DNA of 64,000 nt, taken from the NCBI GenBank assembly GCA_038523235.1, contig JBCBJQ010000014.1, forward strand, positions 23,582 through 87,581, given 5' to 3'. This DNA comes from Cyanobacteria bacterium J06626_4 (lineage in GTDB: Bacteria; Cyanobacteriota; Cyanobacteriia; Phormidesmidales; Phormidesmidaceae). Numbering within the stretch: position 1 is the first letter of the stretch; each line of letters begins with the position of its first letter. Under the pieces are notes generated by a model, which saw only the letters and a list, made by a program, of their open reading frames with translations, was not told the DNA's origin and searched no databases. Shown piece by piece: positions 31,935-42,812 of the stretch. The position numbers and the translations under genes are program-made.

Positions 31935-33131
31935 CTACTCCGGCAGTTTGTACTGACTCACAATTCGCTTAGCAAACTCGGGCACATGAGCCGCCAGCTT
32001 CTCAGGATAGTGGCGCTTCGTATAGAGATAGTTGCGGGTGAAGTGAGAATCGATCGAGAAACGCGCATATTCCAGCCCTTTGGGCCCGATGCGCTCAATC
32101 ACTACGCCCATCAGTTTGGCCGCCCACATCGGCAGCGTCACGCCTTTGTCATAGGCCGGAATGCTTTGCTGCACCGCTGCCTGGCGATCGCCCGTCGACA
32201 TGACTGGCTGGGTATCGAGCTGATCCATCACCAGATCGAGCATCTCTTGGCCGCGATCGTTGCGCACGGTAATCCACTGCCAGCCAAAAGGTGCCCCCAT
32301 GTAGCCCACCACGATATCCGCCAGGCCATTCACATAATCGAAACAGGTCATGCAGGAGGGGGCAAAGACATCCTTGAGCTGATCTGTCTTTAAGCCAAAG
32401 AAGGGCACCGTCTCAGTCGAGCCGTCTTCATGCTTGAAATGCACTCGAAAATCCTGCATGAATTCGTAGTGAACGACGGTCTCGGGGGAACGACTGGTGG
32501 TGTCTAAAAACTTTTGCAGGCCCGCCCGAGTGACATTATCCACGCAGGGAGTACCCAGCACGTACAGCTTTTCTAGCCCCATCGATTTTTCTACCGCCCG
32601 CAGCGCCTGAATCTGGCAGCCGACTCCGATGACGAGCAGCCGTTTCATGCCCGACTTTTCTACCTGCTCCAACACCGACAGGTTGGGCGATAGGGTGGGT
32701 TTGTTGACTTTGGCCGCCAGTATTTCTGCCGGCGTGGTAGCAATAATCGGCTGGGGTTGGAACCGGTCTTCTGCCGTATTCTGCACGCAGACAACGCCTT
32801 CGACCTTGCCCTGGGTCAGCATTTCAATGGCAATCGTGCTCACAATCCCCGTCCACTGAGCCCCTTCAATCGGCTGCTGCTTACGCGCCGCCATCATGTC
32901 TTGATGAACCCCGAAATATTGCTCGTTTTCATTCTCCAGATCGCGATCGCGCCCGTGGGTTTGCGCTTCTAGCTCTGGAAACTGTTGGTTTAAAAACGCG
33001 CAGGCTTCTTTGACATAGTGAATGTAATAGGTGTCGCAGAGGCCACATTCGCTACAGAGTTCTTTGGCCGGACGGCGCGCCCCTGGACGAAGGGCTTTGG
33101 CTTTTTGGTGAGAGGGCTGAGCCAGCGTCAT
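31935..33131 (-). CDS. bciB: Ferredoxin-dependent 8-vinyl chlorophyllide reductase (F420 hydrogenase beta family, Slr1923-like)
   Basis: RPAKELCSECGLCDTYYIHYVKEACAF, GAQWTGIV, LGTPCVDN, SC..CFDY.N.LAD.VVGYMG. Confidence 0.88.
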   Translation of the reverse strand: MTLAQPSHQKAKALRPGARRPAKELCSECGLCDTYYIHYVKEACAFLNQQFPELEAQTHGRDRDLENENEQYFGVHQDMMAARKQQPIEGAQWTGIVSTIAIEMLTQGKVEGVVCVQNTAEDRFQPQPIIATTPAEILAAKVNKPTLSPNLSVLEQVEKSGMKRLLVIGVGCQIQALRAVEKSMGLEKLYVLGTPCVDNVTRAGLQKFLDTTSRSPETVVHYEFMQDFRVHFKHEDGSTETVPFFGLKTDQLKDVFAPSCMTCFDYVNGLADIVVGYMGAPFGWQWITVRNDRGQEMLDLVMDQLDTQPVMSTGDRQAAVQQSIPAYDKGVTLPMWAAKLMGVVIERIGPKGLEYARFSIDSHFTRNYLYTKRHYPEKLAAHVPEFAKRIVSQYKLPE

Positions 33132-33804
33132 AGGATGTGTAAAAACGTATTTCGCAAGTGTCTGCTAATCACCATACCGCAAGGGTTTGACCCTCTCCTT
33201 TTTCGGTTTCTAAATGTAACGAAGGATGGCAAAAGTCTATTTACAGTTGCGGAATACTCAATGGCAAACCCATCACTCAAACTGGCTGATGTGGGGTAAG
33301 CCGTGAGGCGACGCGAGTTCAGGAGGCCAGCCCCTCTGTGCCATTTGCCTCTAATTAACCGATCCAGTGGACTCAGCGCTGCAAAGACTCCTCAGGATAG
33401 GAGTTTTGCCGACCGGGTTTGACAGCATCAAACTCGGGCAATTGGAGACGTGGAGGCAACTGCCTGGCCAGCTAGCCACCCCTGGGTGAGGAGATCGGGC
33501 GAGAAAATTTTGAGAATTTCACCGAATGCGCAAGGCTTCAGAAATTCTAGACTATGCTTAACGTTAAGTTGAATTGAGCGACTGCCCAATACCGCTGGCG
33601 ATGCCAACCCCAGTTTTCAGCGGTAGAAGAAAATTCTAAACTGTTGAGAGCTGTGGCCCAAGTCTCAGCCTCACTGCTGGAGTCATTGCTGACGCGTAGT
33701 GCTGGCTAAGCCCTCAAGCCCCTGCGTTCTTTTCTAAAAGAGGCGGCTCCGACTACGAGCAACGCGTGCGATTTTGCCGGAGACTTACCGGACTGAGCTG
33801 CTGA

Positions 33805-35850
33805 ATGATTTCTTGTCTAAACCCCCATTGCTCCCATCCTGATAATCGCGACACCGCGACGGAGTGTCGCAACTGCGGTAAGCCGTTAGTAAAAATGCTG
33901 CGGGGCCGCTACTATCCCGAAAGGCTGATTGGCCGAGGTGGCTTTGGGCGCACCTATTTAGCTCAAGACAGCGATCGCCTCAATGCGCCCTGCGTCATCA
34001 AGCAATTTGCGCCCCAAACCCAGGGCACCAAATCTTTTCATAAAGCGGTCGACCTGTTCAATCAAGAAGCCATACGCCTGCATGATCTGGGGGAGCATGT
34101 GCAAATCCCCGCTTTGCTGGCCTATTTCGAACATGATCAGTATCTGTATTTGGTGCAGCAGTTTATCGACGGCAAAACGCTCATCCAAGAGATTGTGGAA
34201 AATGGGCCATTGGACGAGATCGGCATTCGGGATTTGCTCAACGATGTGTTGCCCGTTCTGGATTTTATTCATCAGCACAATGTCATTCACCGCGATATCA
34301 CCCCCACCAACCTGATTCGCCGCGACACCGATCGCCGATTGTTTGTGATTGACTTTGGCATTGCCAAGCGCTTTGGCGAAGCCCTCGCGGACGGCCCCGG
34401 CACTCGCATTGGCACCGAAGGCTATGCCCCAATTGAGCAGCTGCGGGGGGGGCAAGCCTATCAGTCAAGCGATCTCTACAGTTTAGGAGCCACCTGTTTG
34501 CACCTGTTTACCGGGCGCAAACCTGATAATTTATACGACCACATGGCGGGGCGTTGGCGCTGGCGCGACGTGTTGGCGAAACAGCAGCGCTCGATCAGTG
34601 CAGAACTGGCCGCTGTGCTTGACCGTTTGGTGCTCGATGCCGTGGGCGATCGCTTTCAGACCGCGCGCGAAGTCATGGCGGCGCTGCAGTCACTGCCGAC
34701 TTTTCAGGGCGCGGTGCCGGGTTGGGTGCGACAGCACCCGTCAGGCAGTCTGCCCTCTTCGGCGGAGATGCTGCCCCAGCCAGCGGGGGTGCCCGCCGTG
34801 GCAATCGACCCGGTGCCCGAGACCGTGCCGCCGCCGCCGACCCCAACACTCTCAGTCCCGGCACCACTGACGCCTGCTCCCGTAGCGGCTCCGCCCACAG
34901 AGACGTCAGCCGTCACCCTCTCTTCCGCCCCGACCGTCGCTGATTTTGCGCCTTCTGGCATCCCAGAATGGCAGTGTGTACGCACCTTGACTGGGCACCA
35001 GTCTTGGGTGACTGCCGTGGCCTTTAATCCGCGATCGGCGACGCTGGTCAGCGGTAGCCTGGATGACAGCATTAAAATCTGGAACCTGCAGACTGGCAAG
35101 GTCTCAGCCACGTTACAGGGCCATCCTCGAGGTGTTAATGATTTGTGCATTAGCACCAAAGGTCAGGTGTTAGTAAGCTGCGGCGATGACGACACCGTGA
35201 AAGTGTGGAACTTGGTGGCCGGGCGGTTGATTCACACTCTGGAAGGGCACGTGCGCGATGTCACCAGCGTGGCGATCGGCCATCAGGGCTGGACCTTAGC
35301 GAGCAGCAGTAAAGATAAAACCATCAAGCTCTGGAAGCTAGATAAGGGCACCCCCATTGGCACCCTGTTAGGGTCGCCCGCTGCGGTGAGAGCCGTGGCA
35401 ATGACCCCCGATGAGGCATTTCTCTTTAGCGGGGGCCTCGATCATAAAGTTCGCCTGTGGGATCTCAAAACTGGGGAGATGGTGCGCTTCTTTTCGGGGC
35501 ATGTGAGCCCCGTCAATGATGTCGCGGTGAGCCGGGATGGGCTGGTCGTGGTCAGCGCCAGCAAAGACAAAACCCTCGTGGTGTGGAGTGTGGGCACCGG
35601 CTCGATTATCCACGTTCTCAAGGGCCACAGCAAAGAGGTTAACTCCGTCGCCATTGCCCCGGACAATCGCACCATCATCAGTGGCAGTAGCGATCGCACC
35701 GTCAAAATCTGGGATGCCCGCACCGGTAAACTGCTGCATACGCTGATTGGTCACGGTCATACGGTGAATGCAATCGCCATTCATCGCACTGGTCGACTCA
35801 TCGCCAGCGCCAGCGCCGACAAAACTATTCGCGTCTGGCGCTTTGGCTAA
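33805..35850 (+). CDS. Ser/Thr protein kinase with N-terminal zinc ribbon, Pro-rich linker and WD40 propeller
   Basis: CLNPHC...CRNCG, GRGGFG, HRDITPTN, DFG, APIE and seven GH...W repeats. Confidence 0.94.
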   Translation: MISCLNPHCSHPDNRDTATECRNCGKPLVKMLRGRYYPERLIGRGGFGRTYLAQDSDRLNAPCVIKQFAPQTQGTKSFHKAVDLFNQEAIRLHDLGEHVQIPALLAYFEHDQYLYLVQQFIDGKTLIQEIVENGPLDEIGIRDLLNDVLPVLDFIHQHNVIHRDITPTNLIRRDTDRRLFVIDFGIAKRFGEALADGPGTRIGTEGYAPIEQLRGGQAYQSSDLYSLGATCLHLFTGRKPDNLYDHMAGRWRWRDVLAKQQRSISAELAAVLDRLVLDAVGDRFQTAREVMAALQSLPTFQGAVPGWVRQHPSGSLPSSAEMLPQPAGVPAVAIDPVPETVPPPPTPTLSVPAPLTPAPVAAPPTETSAVTLSSAPTVADFAPSGIPEWQCVRTLTGHQSWVTAVAFNPRSATLVSGSLDDSIKIWNLQTGKVSATLQGHPRGVNDLCISTKGQVLVSCGDDDTVKVWNLVAGRLIHTLEGHVRDVTSVAIGHQGWTLASSSKDKTIKLWKLDKGTPIGTLLGSPAAVRAVAMTPDEAFLFSGGLDHKVRLWDLKTGEMVRFFSGHVSPVNDVAVSRDGLVVVSASKDKTLVVWSVGTGSIIHVLKGHSKEVNSVAIAPDNRTIISGSSDRTVKIWDARTGKLLHTLIGHGHTVNAIAIHRTGRLIASASADKTIRVWRFG

Positions 35851-36027
35851 CGGTGGCAGGTAGACCCGAGATTTTCCGCCGTCATCAGATAAACCTCGTA
35901 CAATCACCAGTAGAGTCAGGGCGCCCGACGCATCGCCGACAAGCCTCTGGTCGGTTAGGGAAAATGCTCTACCCGATTTGGTGCCTCACCTCAGTCTTGA
36001 CCTCATAGCTGTCTCGTTTTTACCCCT

Positions 36028-36948
36028 ATGGACTTTGCGCCCGCCTTGCCCACGTTTTTTGTCACTCTACGCGAAGGCGTGGAAGCGGCCCTAGTGGTGG
36101 GAATTGTGCTGGCCTGTTTGGGCAAAGCACAACAAAGTCGCCTCAACCGCTGGGTGTATTTAGGGATTGGGGCGGGGCTGCTGGGCAGCTTGCTAACGGG
36201 CATCATTATTTTCAACAGTGTGGCTCAGGTGGAGCGGGCGTTACCGACGCTAGAGCCTATCGTTGAACCGCTGTTCGACAGCTTGTTTTGCGCGATCGCC
36301 ATCATCATGCTGAGCTGGATGCTGCTGTGGATGACGCGCCAGGCGCGATCGCTCAAGTCGGAGCTAGAGGGTTCCGTCACGGCGGCCCTGAGTGAAAATG
36401 ACGCTGCCGGTGTCACCATCTTTAGCCTGGTGTGCATCGCCGTGCTGCGTGAAGGCATTGAGACGGTGCTGTTTATCTTTACCAGCGTGCAGCAGAGTGG
36501 CGCGGCAGCGATTGGGGCAGTGGGTGGATTAATCGGGGCCGCTTTGATCGGTTTGGCGCTGTTCAAATGGGGCCTGCGCATCAATCTGCGGGTCTTTTTT
36601 CAAGTCATGGGCGTGCTGCTGCTGCTGATTATTGGCGGTTTGGTGATCTCGTTCTTTCGCAATTTGGATGCAGCCTTTTTTGCCATCAGCAGCTTTGACC
36701 CAGTCAACGCCGATTTGTGCATCGCCCAAGACTCCTGCATTCTTGGGCCACTACTGTGGGATATTCACGACCAGTTGCCCGACAAGCAGTTTCCGGGCAT
36801 TTTGCTCAAAACGCTGCTGGGCTATCGCGATCGCCTCTTTGCCGGTCAGGCCTTGGCCTATGTGGCCTTCCTAGTGACCGTGGGCAGCACCTACTTCCGC
36901 AGCCTCAATGCGCCGCTGCCGACCCAGCCCAAATCGGCCTCTAGCTAA
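36028..36948 (+). CDS. ftr1: FTR1-family iron permease
   Basis: Two RExxE motifs (REGVE, REGIE) in TM helices. Confidence 0.9.
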   Translation: MDFAPALPTFFVTLREGVEAALVVGIVLACLGKAQQSRLNRWVYLGIGAGLLGSLLTGIIIFNSVAQVERALPTLEPIVEPLFDSLFCAIAIIMLSWMLLWMTRQARSLKSELEGSVTAALSENDAAGVTIFSLVCIAVLREGIETVLFIFTSVQQSGAAAIGAVGGLIGAALIGLALFKWGLRINLRVFFQVMGVLLLLIIGGLVISFFRNLDAAFFAISSFDPVNADLCIAQDSCILGPLLWDIHDQLPDKQFPGILLKTLLGYRDRLFAGQALAYVAFLVTVGSTYFRSLNAPLPTQPKSASS

Positions 36949-36977
36949 CCTGAAGATTTTTCCCACCAGGGTCGCCC

Positions 36978-37874
36978 ATGACTGTCTTATTACCCGCGAT
37001 CGCGCCGGTGGCCCTGATTGTCTTCATCGGCTTCCTAGCGGGTCGTACGCTGTCCCTAGAGCGTACGACCCTATCGCGGTTGAGCCTCTACGTCTTGCTG
37101 CCCGCGCTGATCGCCAGCAGCCTCTACGGCATGACGCTCTCGGTGCGCCAAGCTAGTGCGATCGTGGCGGGCTTTTTCCTCAGCTCAGCGATTTTGGCCG
37201 GTCTGGTCTACAGCCTCTGTCGGTTGCTCAAGGTCGAGCCGCTGACGCAAAAAACGCTGCTGGCCACTAGCCTGTTCGCTAACACCGGTAACTTAGGGCT
37301 CCCCTTCATCAGTTTTGCCCTGGGGGCCACAGGGCTAGAGCGGGCGATTGTTTACTTGATCAGCAGCAGCATTCTGTTGACTACAGTGGGGCCGACCTTG
37401 CTCAAAGGGGCAGGATTGTGGGTGGGCCTGCGTACAACGCTGCGCCTGCCAGTGTTTGGGGCGATGCTTGCCGGACTCACGCTACAGGCGCTCAATGTCA
37501 CCCTGCCGCTGCGATTAGATGCCGGTCTCGAACTGCTGGGAGGAGCGGCGATTCCGGTCGCGCTGGTGACACTCGGCTTGCAGTTAGCCAAAACTAATCT
37601 GTATGTGGATCGCGCGGTGCTGGCGGCGGCGGTGCTGCGGTTAGGCGTCGCGCCCACGATCGCCCTCACCGTCGGCGCGATGTTGGGGCTACAGGGGCAG
37701 GATTTGCAAGTCTTGGTTTTGCAGGCGGCTATGCCCACCGCCGTGAATACCTTTATCTGGGTAACGGAGTTTGGCGGTGATGCCGATCTGGTGGCGCGGG
37801 CGATCGTCCTCTCTACCCTGCTCAGCTTCATGACCTTACCGAGCCTGTTGTGGGCGCTGGTGACCTGGAGCTAA
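36978..37874 (+). CDS. AEC (auxin efflux carrier-like) family transporter
   Basis: N.GNLGLP, A.MPTA, VLSTLLS..TLP; about 10 TM segments. Confidence 0.88.
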   Translation: MTVLLPAIAPVALIVFIGFLAGRTLSLERTTLSRLSLYVLLPALIASSLYGMTLSVRQASAIVAGFFLSSAILAGLVYSLCRLLKVEPLTQKTLLATSLFANTGNLGLPFISFALGATGLERAIVYLISSSILLTTVGPTLLKGAGLWVGLRTTLRLPVFGAMLAGLTLQALNVTLPLRLDAGLELLGGAAIPVALVTLGLQLAKTNLYVDRAVLAAAVLRLGVAPTIALTVGAMLGLQGQDLQVLVLQAAMPTAVNTFIWVTEFGGDADLVARAIVLSTLLSFMTLPSLLWALVTWS

Positions 37875-38175
37875 GGGCAACTTGCTCCTAGGATGAAAAT
37901 TATCGCGATCGTCCCACCCTCTCAACTCAGAGGATATGATCAAGCTACCGTCTTAGCCGAGTTCGGTAGTTACGACCGAGCAACTTCGGCTTCATCCGAC
38001 ATCTTTCGCTCGTAACACTTTACAATTAGCAATGCTGCCAATTTTAGACTTTAGCGTCAGTGTGTTCTGAATCGTCAGAGTGCCAACGCTCCTAAATTGA
38101 CGCAGCAAGCGCTTCCTTTGAGCCATCTCAAGGAAAGTCAGCTACGGTTTGTCGCACAGAAACTAGAGAGCAGTT

Positions 38176-40257
38176 ATGAAAAAGGACCTTACACGCTATC
38201 GCAACATTGGCATTTTTGCCCACGTAGATGCTGGAAAAACCACCACTACCGAGCGGATTTTGAAGCTCACGGGTAAAATCCACAAAATTGGTGAGGTCCA
38301 TGAAGGTGCGGCAACTACTGACTTCATGGAACAAGAGCAAGAGCGCGGGATTACGATTCAATCTGCTGCGACCTCCTGCTTTTGGAATGAGCACCAGCTC
38401 AATATTATTGACACGCCCGGACACGTTGACTTCACCATCGAAGTCTATCGTTCGCTCAAGGTGCTGGACGGCGGCATCGGCGTATTTTGCGGCTCTGGTG
38501 GCGTTGAACCCCAGTCTGAAACCAACTGGCGCTACGCCAATGACTCAAAGGTGGCGCGGATTATCTACGTCAACAAGCTCGATCGCATCGGGGCTGATTT
38601 TTTCCGCGTGGTCAAGCAGGTAGACGAAATTTTGGCGGCCAAGCCGTTAGTCATGGTGCTGCCCATTGGTGTAGAAAGTGACTTCGTTGGGGTTGTCGAT
38701 CTCCTGACTGAAAAGGCTTGGGTCTGGGATGATTCGGGTGAACCGATGAACTACGAGATTCAGGACGTACCTGAAGACATGAAAGAGCAGGTAAAGGAAT
38801 ATCGTGAAGCGCTGGTCGAGCTTGCCGTTGAGCAAGACGAAGAGTTACTCATGAAGTACCTTGAAGGCGAAGAGGTGACAATCGACGAGCTCAAGCACTG
38901 TATTCGTAAGGGCACCCGCGAATTAACCTTCTTCCCCACTTACTGTGGCTCCTCCTTTAAGAACAAAGGGGTGCAGCTAGTGCTGGATGCGGTGGTTGAT
39001 TATCTGCCCGCACCGAACGAGGTACCGCCGCAGCCGGAAGTTGACCTCGAAGGCAACGAGACGGGGAATTTGGCCTACGTTGACCCGGAGAAGCCTTTGC
39101 GAGCCTTGGCTTTCAAAATCATGGACGATCGCTTCGGCGCGTTGACCTTTACCCGCATCTATTCTGGCGTCATCAATAAGGGTGACAACGTGATGGATAC
39201 CGCCACCGGCAAGAGCGAGCGCATCAGCCGCATTGTTGAAATGCACGCGAACGATCGCCAAGAGGTGGCCAGTGCTCAAGCCGGTGACATTGTGGCGCTG
39301 GTCGGGCTCAAAAATGTGCAAACGGGCCACACGTTGTGTGATCCCAAAAATCCCGCGACGCTGGAGCCGATGGTCTTCCCCGAGCCGGTGATTTCCGTTT
39401 CGGTGGGGCCTAAGACCAAGGGCGACAACGAGAAAATGGGCGCAGCGCTGAGCAAGATGGTGCAGGAAGATCCTTCTTTCTACGTAGAGACGGATCAAGA
39501 AAGCGGCGAAGTCATCATGAAGGGGATGGGCGAACTGCACCTCGACATCAAAGTCGACATTTTGAAGCGTACTCACGGGGTCGAAGTGGAAGTGGGCAAG
39601 CCGCAGGTGGCTTATCGTGAGTCCATCACCAAGGTGCTCAACGACAGCTACACCCACAAAAAGCAGTCCGGTGGTTCCGGTCAGTACGGCAAAATCGACT
39701 ACACGATCGAACCCGGTGAAACGGGTACAGGCTTCCAGTTTGAGTCCAAGGTGACTGGCGGTAACGTACCTCGGGAATTTTGGCCGGCGGTGCAAAAAGG
39801 CTTTGAGACCAGTGTCGACAAGGGGCCGCTGGCCGGCTACCCGGTGGTTGACCTCAAAGTCACGCTCACTGATGGGGGCTACCACGCAGTTGACTCGTCA
39901 GCGATCGCCTTCGAGATTGCGGCCAAGGCAGCCTATCGTCAGTCACTTCCCAAAGCGGGCCTGCAACTGCTAGAGCCTATCATGAAGGTCGACGTGTTCA
40001 CTCCTGATGACTACATGGGGGATGTCATTGGTGACCTTAACCGTCGTCGTGGCATGATTCTCGGTCAAGATACTGGCCCCACTGGCGTTCGCATCAAGGC
40101 GGAAGCGCCCTTGAGCGAGATGTTTGGCTACATTGGCGATCTGCGCACCATGACCTCGGGTCGCGGCCAGTTCTCAATGACCTTCTCTCACTATTCACCC
40201 TGTCCGAACAATGTGGCAGAAGTGGTGATCAAAGAAGCCAAAGAGCGCGCAGCTTAA
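38176..40257 (+). CDS. fusA: Elongation factor G, stand-alone Slr1463-type paralogue
   Basis: [37 protein letters not shown]. Not in an rpsL-rpsG-tuf context. Confidence 0.95.
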   Translation: MKKDLTRYRNIGIFAHVDAGKTTTTERILKLTGKIHKIGEVHEGAATTDFMEQEQERGITIQSAATSCFWNEHQLNIIDTPGHVDFTIEVYRSLKVLDGGIGVFCGSGGVEPQSETNWRYANDSKVARIIYVNKLDRIGADFFRVVKQVDEILAAKPLVMVLPIGVESDFVGVVDLLTEKAWVWDDSGEPMNYEIQDVPEDMKEQVKEYREALVELAVEQDEELLMKYLEGEEVTIDELKHCIRKGTRELTFFPTYCGSSFKNKGVQLVLDAVVDYLPAPNEVPPQPEVDLEGNETGNLAYVDPEKPLRALAFKIMDDRFGALTFTRIYSGVINKGDNVMDTATGKSERISRIVEMHANDRQEVASAQAGDIVALVGLKNVQTGHTLCDPKNPATLEPMVFPEPVISVSVGPKTKGDNEKMGAALSKMVQEDPSFYVETDQESGEVIMKGMGELHLDIKVDILKRTHGVEVEVGKPQVAYRESITKVLNDSYTHKKQSGGSGQYGKIDYTIEPGETGTGFQFESKVTGGNVPREFWPAVQKGFETSVDKGPLAGYPVVDLKVTLTDGGYHAVDSSAIAFEIAAKAAYRQSLPKAGLQLLEPIMKVDVFTPDDYMGDVIGDLNRRRGMILGQDTGPTGVRIKAEAPLSEMFGYIGDLRTMTSGRGQFSMTFSHYSPCPNNVAEVVIKEAKERAA

Positions 40258-40299
40258 TCATTGACCATTCACAGCTCTGACAACTGTGGAATAACGCTT

Positions 40300-40350
40300 T
40301 CAAAGGGGCAAGAACGATCGCCGTTCTTGCCCCTTTGAGTTTTGTTTTTG
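40300..40350 (+). terminator. Intrinsic terminator after fusA
   Basis: 17-bp stem TCAAAGGGGCAAGAACG / CGTTCTTGCCCCTTTGA, loop ATCGC, followed by a T-rich tract. Confidence 0.85.
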
Positions 40351-40488
40351 GGTGAAGAGACTGGGATGTTGCAAAACGATTGCCCATACTTGGAAACCCC
40401 CAACTCGAATCACTAACTGCTACCGGGCAATGTTTTCGATGAAATTGAACTCAGCTTCGCTCTTGACCGTTGATCAGCGCTGCCTGCC

Positions 40489-41180
40489 ATGACCGTTACT
40501 CACATCCCCAATCCGGTTTTATCAACACCGCCCCTCGACAACGGTGACAAATTAACTCGGGCGGAATTTGAACAGCGCTACGAGGCGATGCCTCAGGTCA
40601 AAAAAGCTGAGTTGATTGAAGGAACGGTTTACATGGCTTCCCCACTGCATGCCAAAGCCCATGGCAAGCCCTATGCTCACATGATGGGATGGCTATCGCC
40701 GATGAAGCTGCCACGCCTAATGTCGAAACTTTGGATAATCCAACCGTTCGCTTAGATAGTGATAACGAACCCCAACCCGATGCTCTGCTTCGACTTGAAG
40801 TTGGCGGCAACTCTACAATTAGCGACGATGATTATGTCGAAGGTGCTCCAGAACTGATTGTTGAAATTGCCGCTAGCAGCGCTTCGTTTGACCTGCACGA
40901 AAAACTCAATGTCTATCGGCGCAATCAGGTGCAGGAGTATCTGGTTTGGCGGGTGTATGACGGAGAGTTGGATTGGTTTTGCCTGCAGGCAGGCAAGTAT
41001 GTGCCGCTAGCAGCCAATGAGGCTAGCATTCTCTGTTCGATCGCGTTTCCTGGACTTTGGCTTGATCGCTCTGCTTTGCTAGCTGGGGATTTAACAACCG
41101 TGCTGAACGTCTTGCAACAAGGGCTCGCAACACCGGCGCATCAAACCTTTGTAGAGCGCCTATCTCCCGCTTCAGCATAA
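40489..41180 (+). pseudogene. Uma2-family (PD-(D/E)xK) endonuclease split by a frameshift near 40695
   Basis: 5' frame has GDKLTRAEFE.RY, KKAELIEG.VYM. The -1 frame continues with EPQPD, GAPELIVEIA.SS, K..VY....VQEY.VW. Confidence 0.82.
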
Positions 41181-41284
41181 ATCAATGAAGCATTACAGGC
41201 GACATCGCTGCCTGGCTGAGCCACTACATCTGGCAGTTTCAGTTAAAGGTAGTGAGGCGAAGCGATTGGCTGGAGACCCTAATT

Positions 41285-42280
41285 TCACAGCAGATTGAAG
41301 ACAGAGCCAACAAACCAGGCATAAAAAATGATGAACAGCCAACCTTCCCAAATGGTGACCTTATTGTCTTGAGCAATAAAGAACGTCATCAGCGAGGCTG
41401 AGATCAGCGTCGGCAACCCCGGAATGATCACCGCATCGGGGACTGGCAGCGGCTGAATCAAACCGGGAATGCCGATGACCACGAAAATATTGAAGATGTT
41501 GGAGCCCAACACATTACCGATCGCAATTTCTGCCTTGCCCTTAGAAGCCGCATTGATGGTGACAATGAGTTCTGGCAACGAGGTGCCCAAAGCAACGGCA
41601 CTCACCGCAATCACCTCTCGCCCAATATTCAACACTGCAGAAATTCGAATCAGGGAATCAATCGTGTATTGAGCCCCTAAAAAGATAAAAATACCGCTGA
41701 GCACCAACACCAGACCTTCTCTCATCTGGTCGGCGGCGCTGCTGGGGATCGCAATGCCATCCGTTGGTGCTGCCTCCGCTTCACTAGAGTTCTGGGGTGT
41801 AAGCACCTCGCTCGCGGCTTCATTACTGCTCTTGAGAATGTAAAACAGATACATGATGTAGCCGATGACGAGCAGCAGCGCTTCGCCTCGGCTAAAGGTT
41901 TGATTCCACGCCATCAGGGTAAATAAAAACGCCGAGCCCATAAACAGAGGCAAATCGACGCTCACCAGGTCATATAAGACCCGTATTGTGCGCTTGCTAA
42001 TGATGGCGGCGGTGCCAATGACCAAACAAATATTGGCAATGTTTGAACCCACCACATTGCTCACAGCAACTTCTGGTGCGCCCTGAAAAATGCCAAACAG
42101 GGACGAGAGCAGTTCTGGCAAAGACGTACCAACGGAAACGATGGTAACTCCAACAATGAAGGGAGGCAGTCCCATGGCAAGGCCCAGTTTTTCTGCTGAG
42201 TTAGTGAAGAAGTCTGAGGCTTTGACCAGCGTCAGTAGGCTAATCGCGAAAATCAACAGCAGCAGAAACGGACTAGTCAT
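41285..42280 (-). CDS. Ca2+/Na+ antiporter (CaCA, YrbG-like)
   Basis: Two alpha repeats: GTSLPEL...GSNI.N. Confidence 0.93.
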   Translation of the reverse strand: MTSPFLLLLIFAISLLTLVKASDFFTNSAEKLGLAMGLPPFIVGVTIVSVGTSLPELLSSLFGIFQGAPEVAVSNVVGSNIANICLVIGTAAIISKRTIRVLYDLVSVDLPLFMGSAFLFTLMAWNQTFSRGEALLLVIGYIMYLFYILKSSNEAASEVLTPQNSSEAEAAPTDGIAIPSSAADQMREGLVLVLSGIFIFLGAQYTIDSLIRISAVLNIGREVIAVSAVALGTSLPELIVTINAASKGKAEIAIGNVLGSNIFNIFVVIGIPGLIQPLPVPDAVIIPGLPTLISASLMTFFIAQDNKVTIWEGWLFIIFYAWFVGSVFNLL

Positions 42281-42812
42281 AAAGATTGGCAGACGGGTGA
42301 AGATAACCGAAGACGTTGATATTGAAGAATTTGACGCCGCCGCCCGTGGCTACTCTGCGCCGAGGCTGGGAGCCGCTCAATTCTGGAGGGCTTAACCCTC
42401 AGACTTAGCAGAACCGGCCTGGCCCCACAGACCAGGCTCCTGAGTGCTGGTTCAAGCATCGGCGGGGAAGCCTACCCGAAACGCTGTGACGGAGTCGCTT
42501 TGAACGCATCTAATACCCATTCTCTGAGTTTGGACTACTCCTAAAATTGCCGTGGCGATCCTCCACCCCTCGGAAACAGGGGACAGCGCAATTCCATCCA
42601 GATGTGGAATGCTCCCTTTTTAGTGGCGCAGTCTGCCCACAGGGCGTAGAGGCAGCGACAACGGAGGGGCTTTGATCGGTAGTGCGATTTTGCAGAATTG
42701 GGATAAGGCACAAACAGCATAGACGTCATCAAAGCTTACGCCATTGATGGCGCGATCGCGGCACTGAGCACCCGGTAACATCGTCAGCCGTCATGGCAGT
42801 TTGAGTAGGCAT

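Noticed and set aside
35851..36027. Fur box upstream of ftr1
   Set aside because: No convincing GATAAT-type inverted repeat found by eye.
38977..39885. 302-aa antisense ORF within fusA
   Set aside because: Typical shadow ORF produced by codon bias of a highly expressed gene.
40489..41180. Uma2 nuclease as part of a defence island
   Set aside because: Uma2 genes are abundant and scattered in cyanobacteria; no defence partners are adjacent and this copy is broken.
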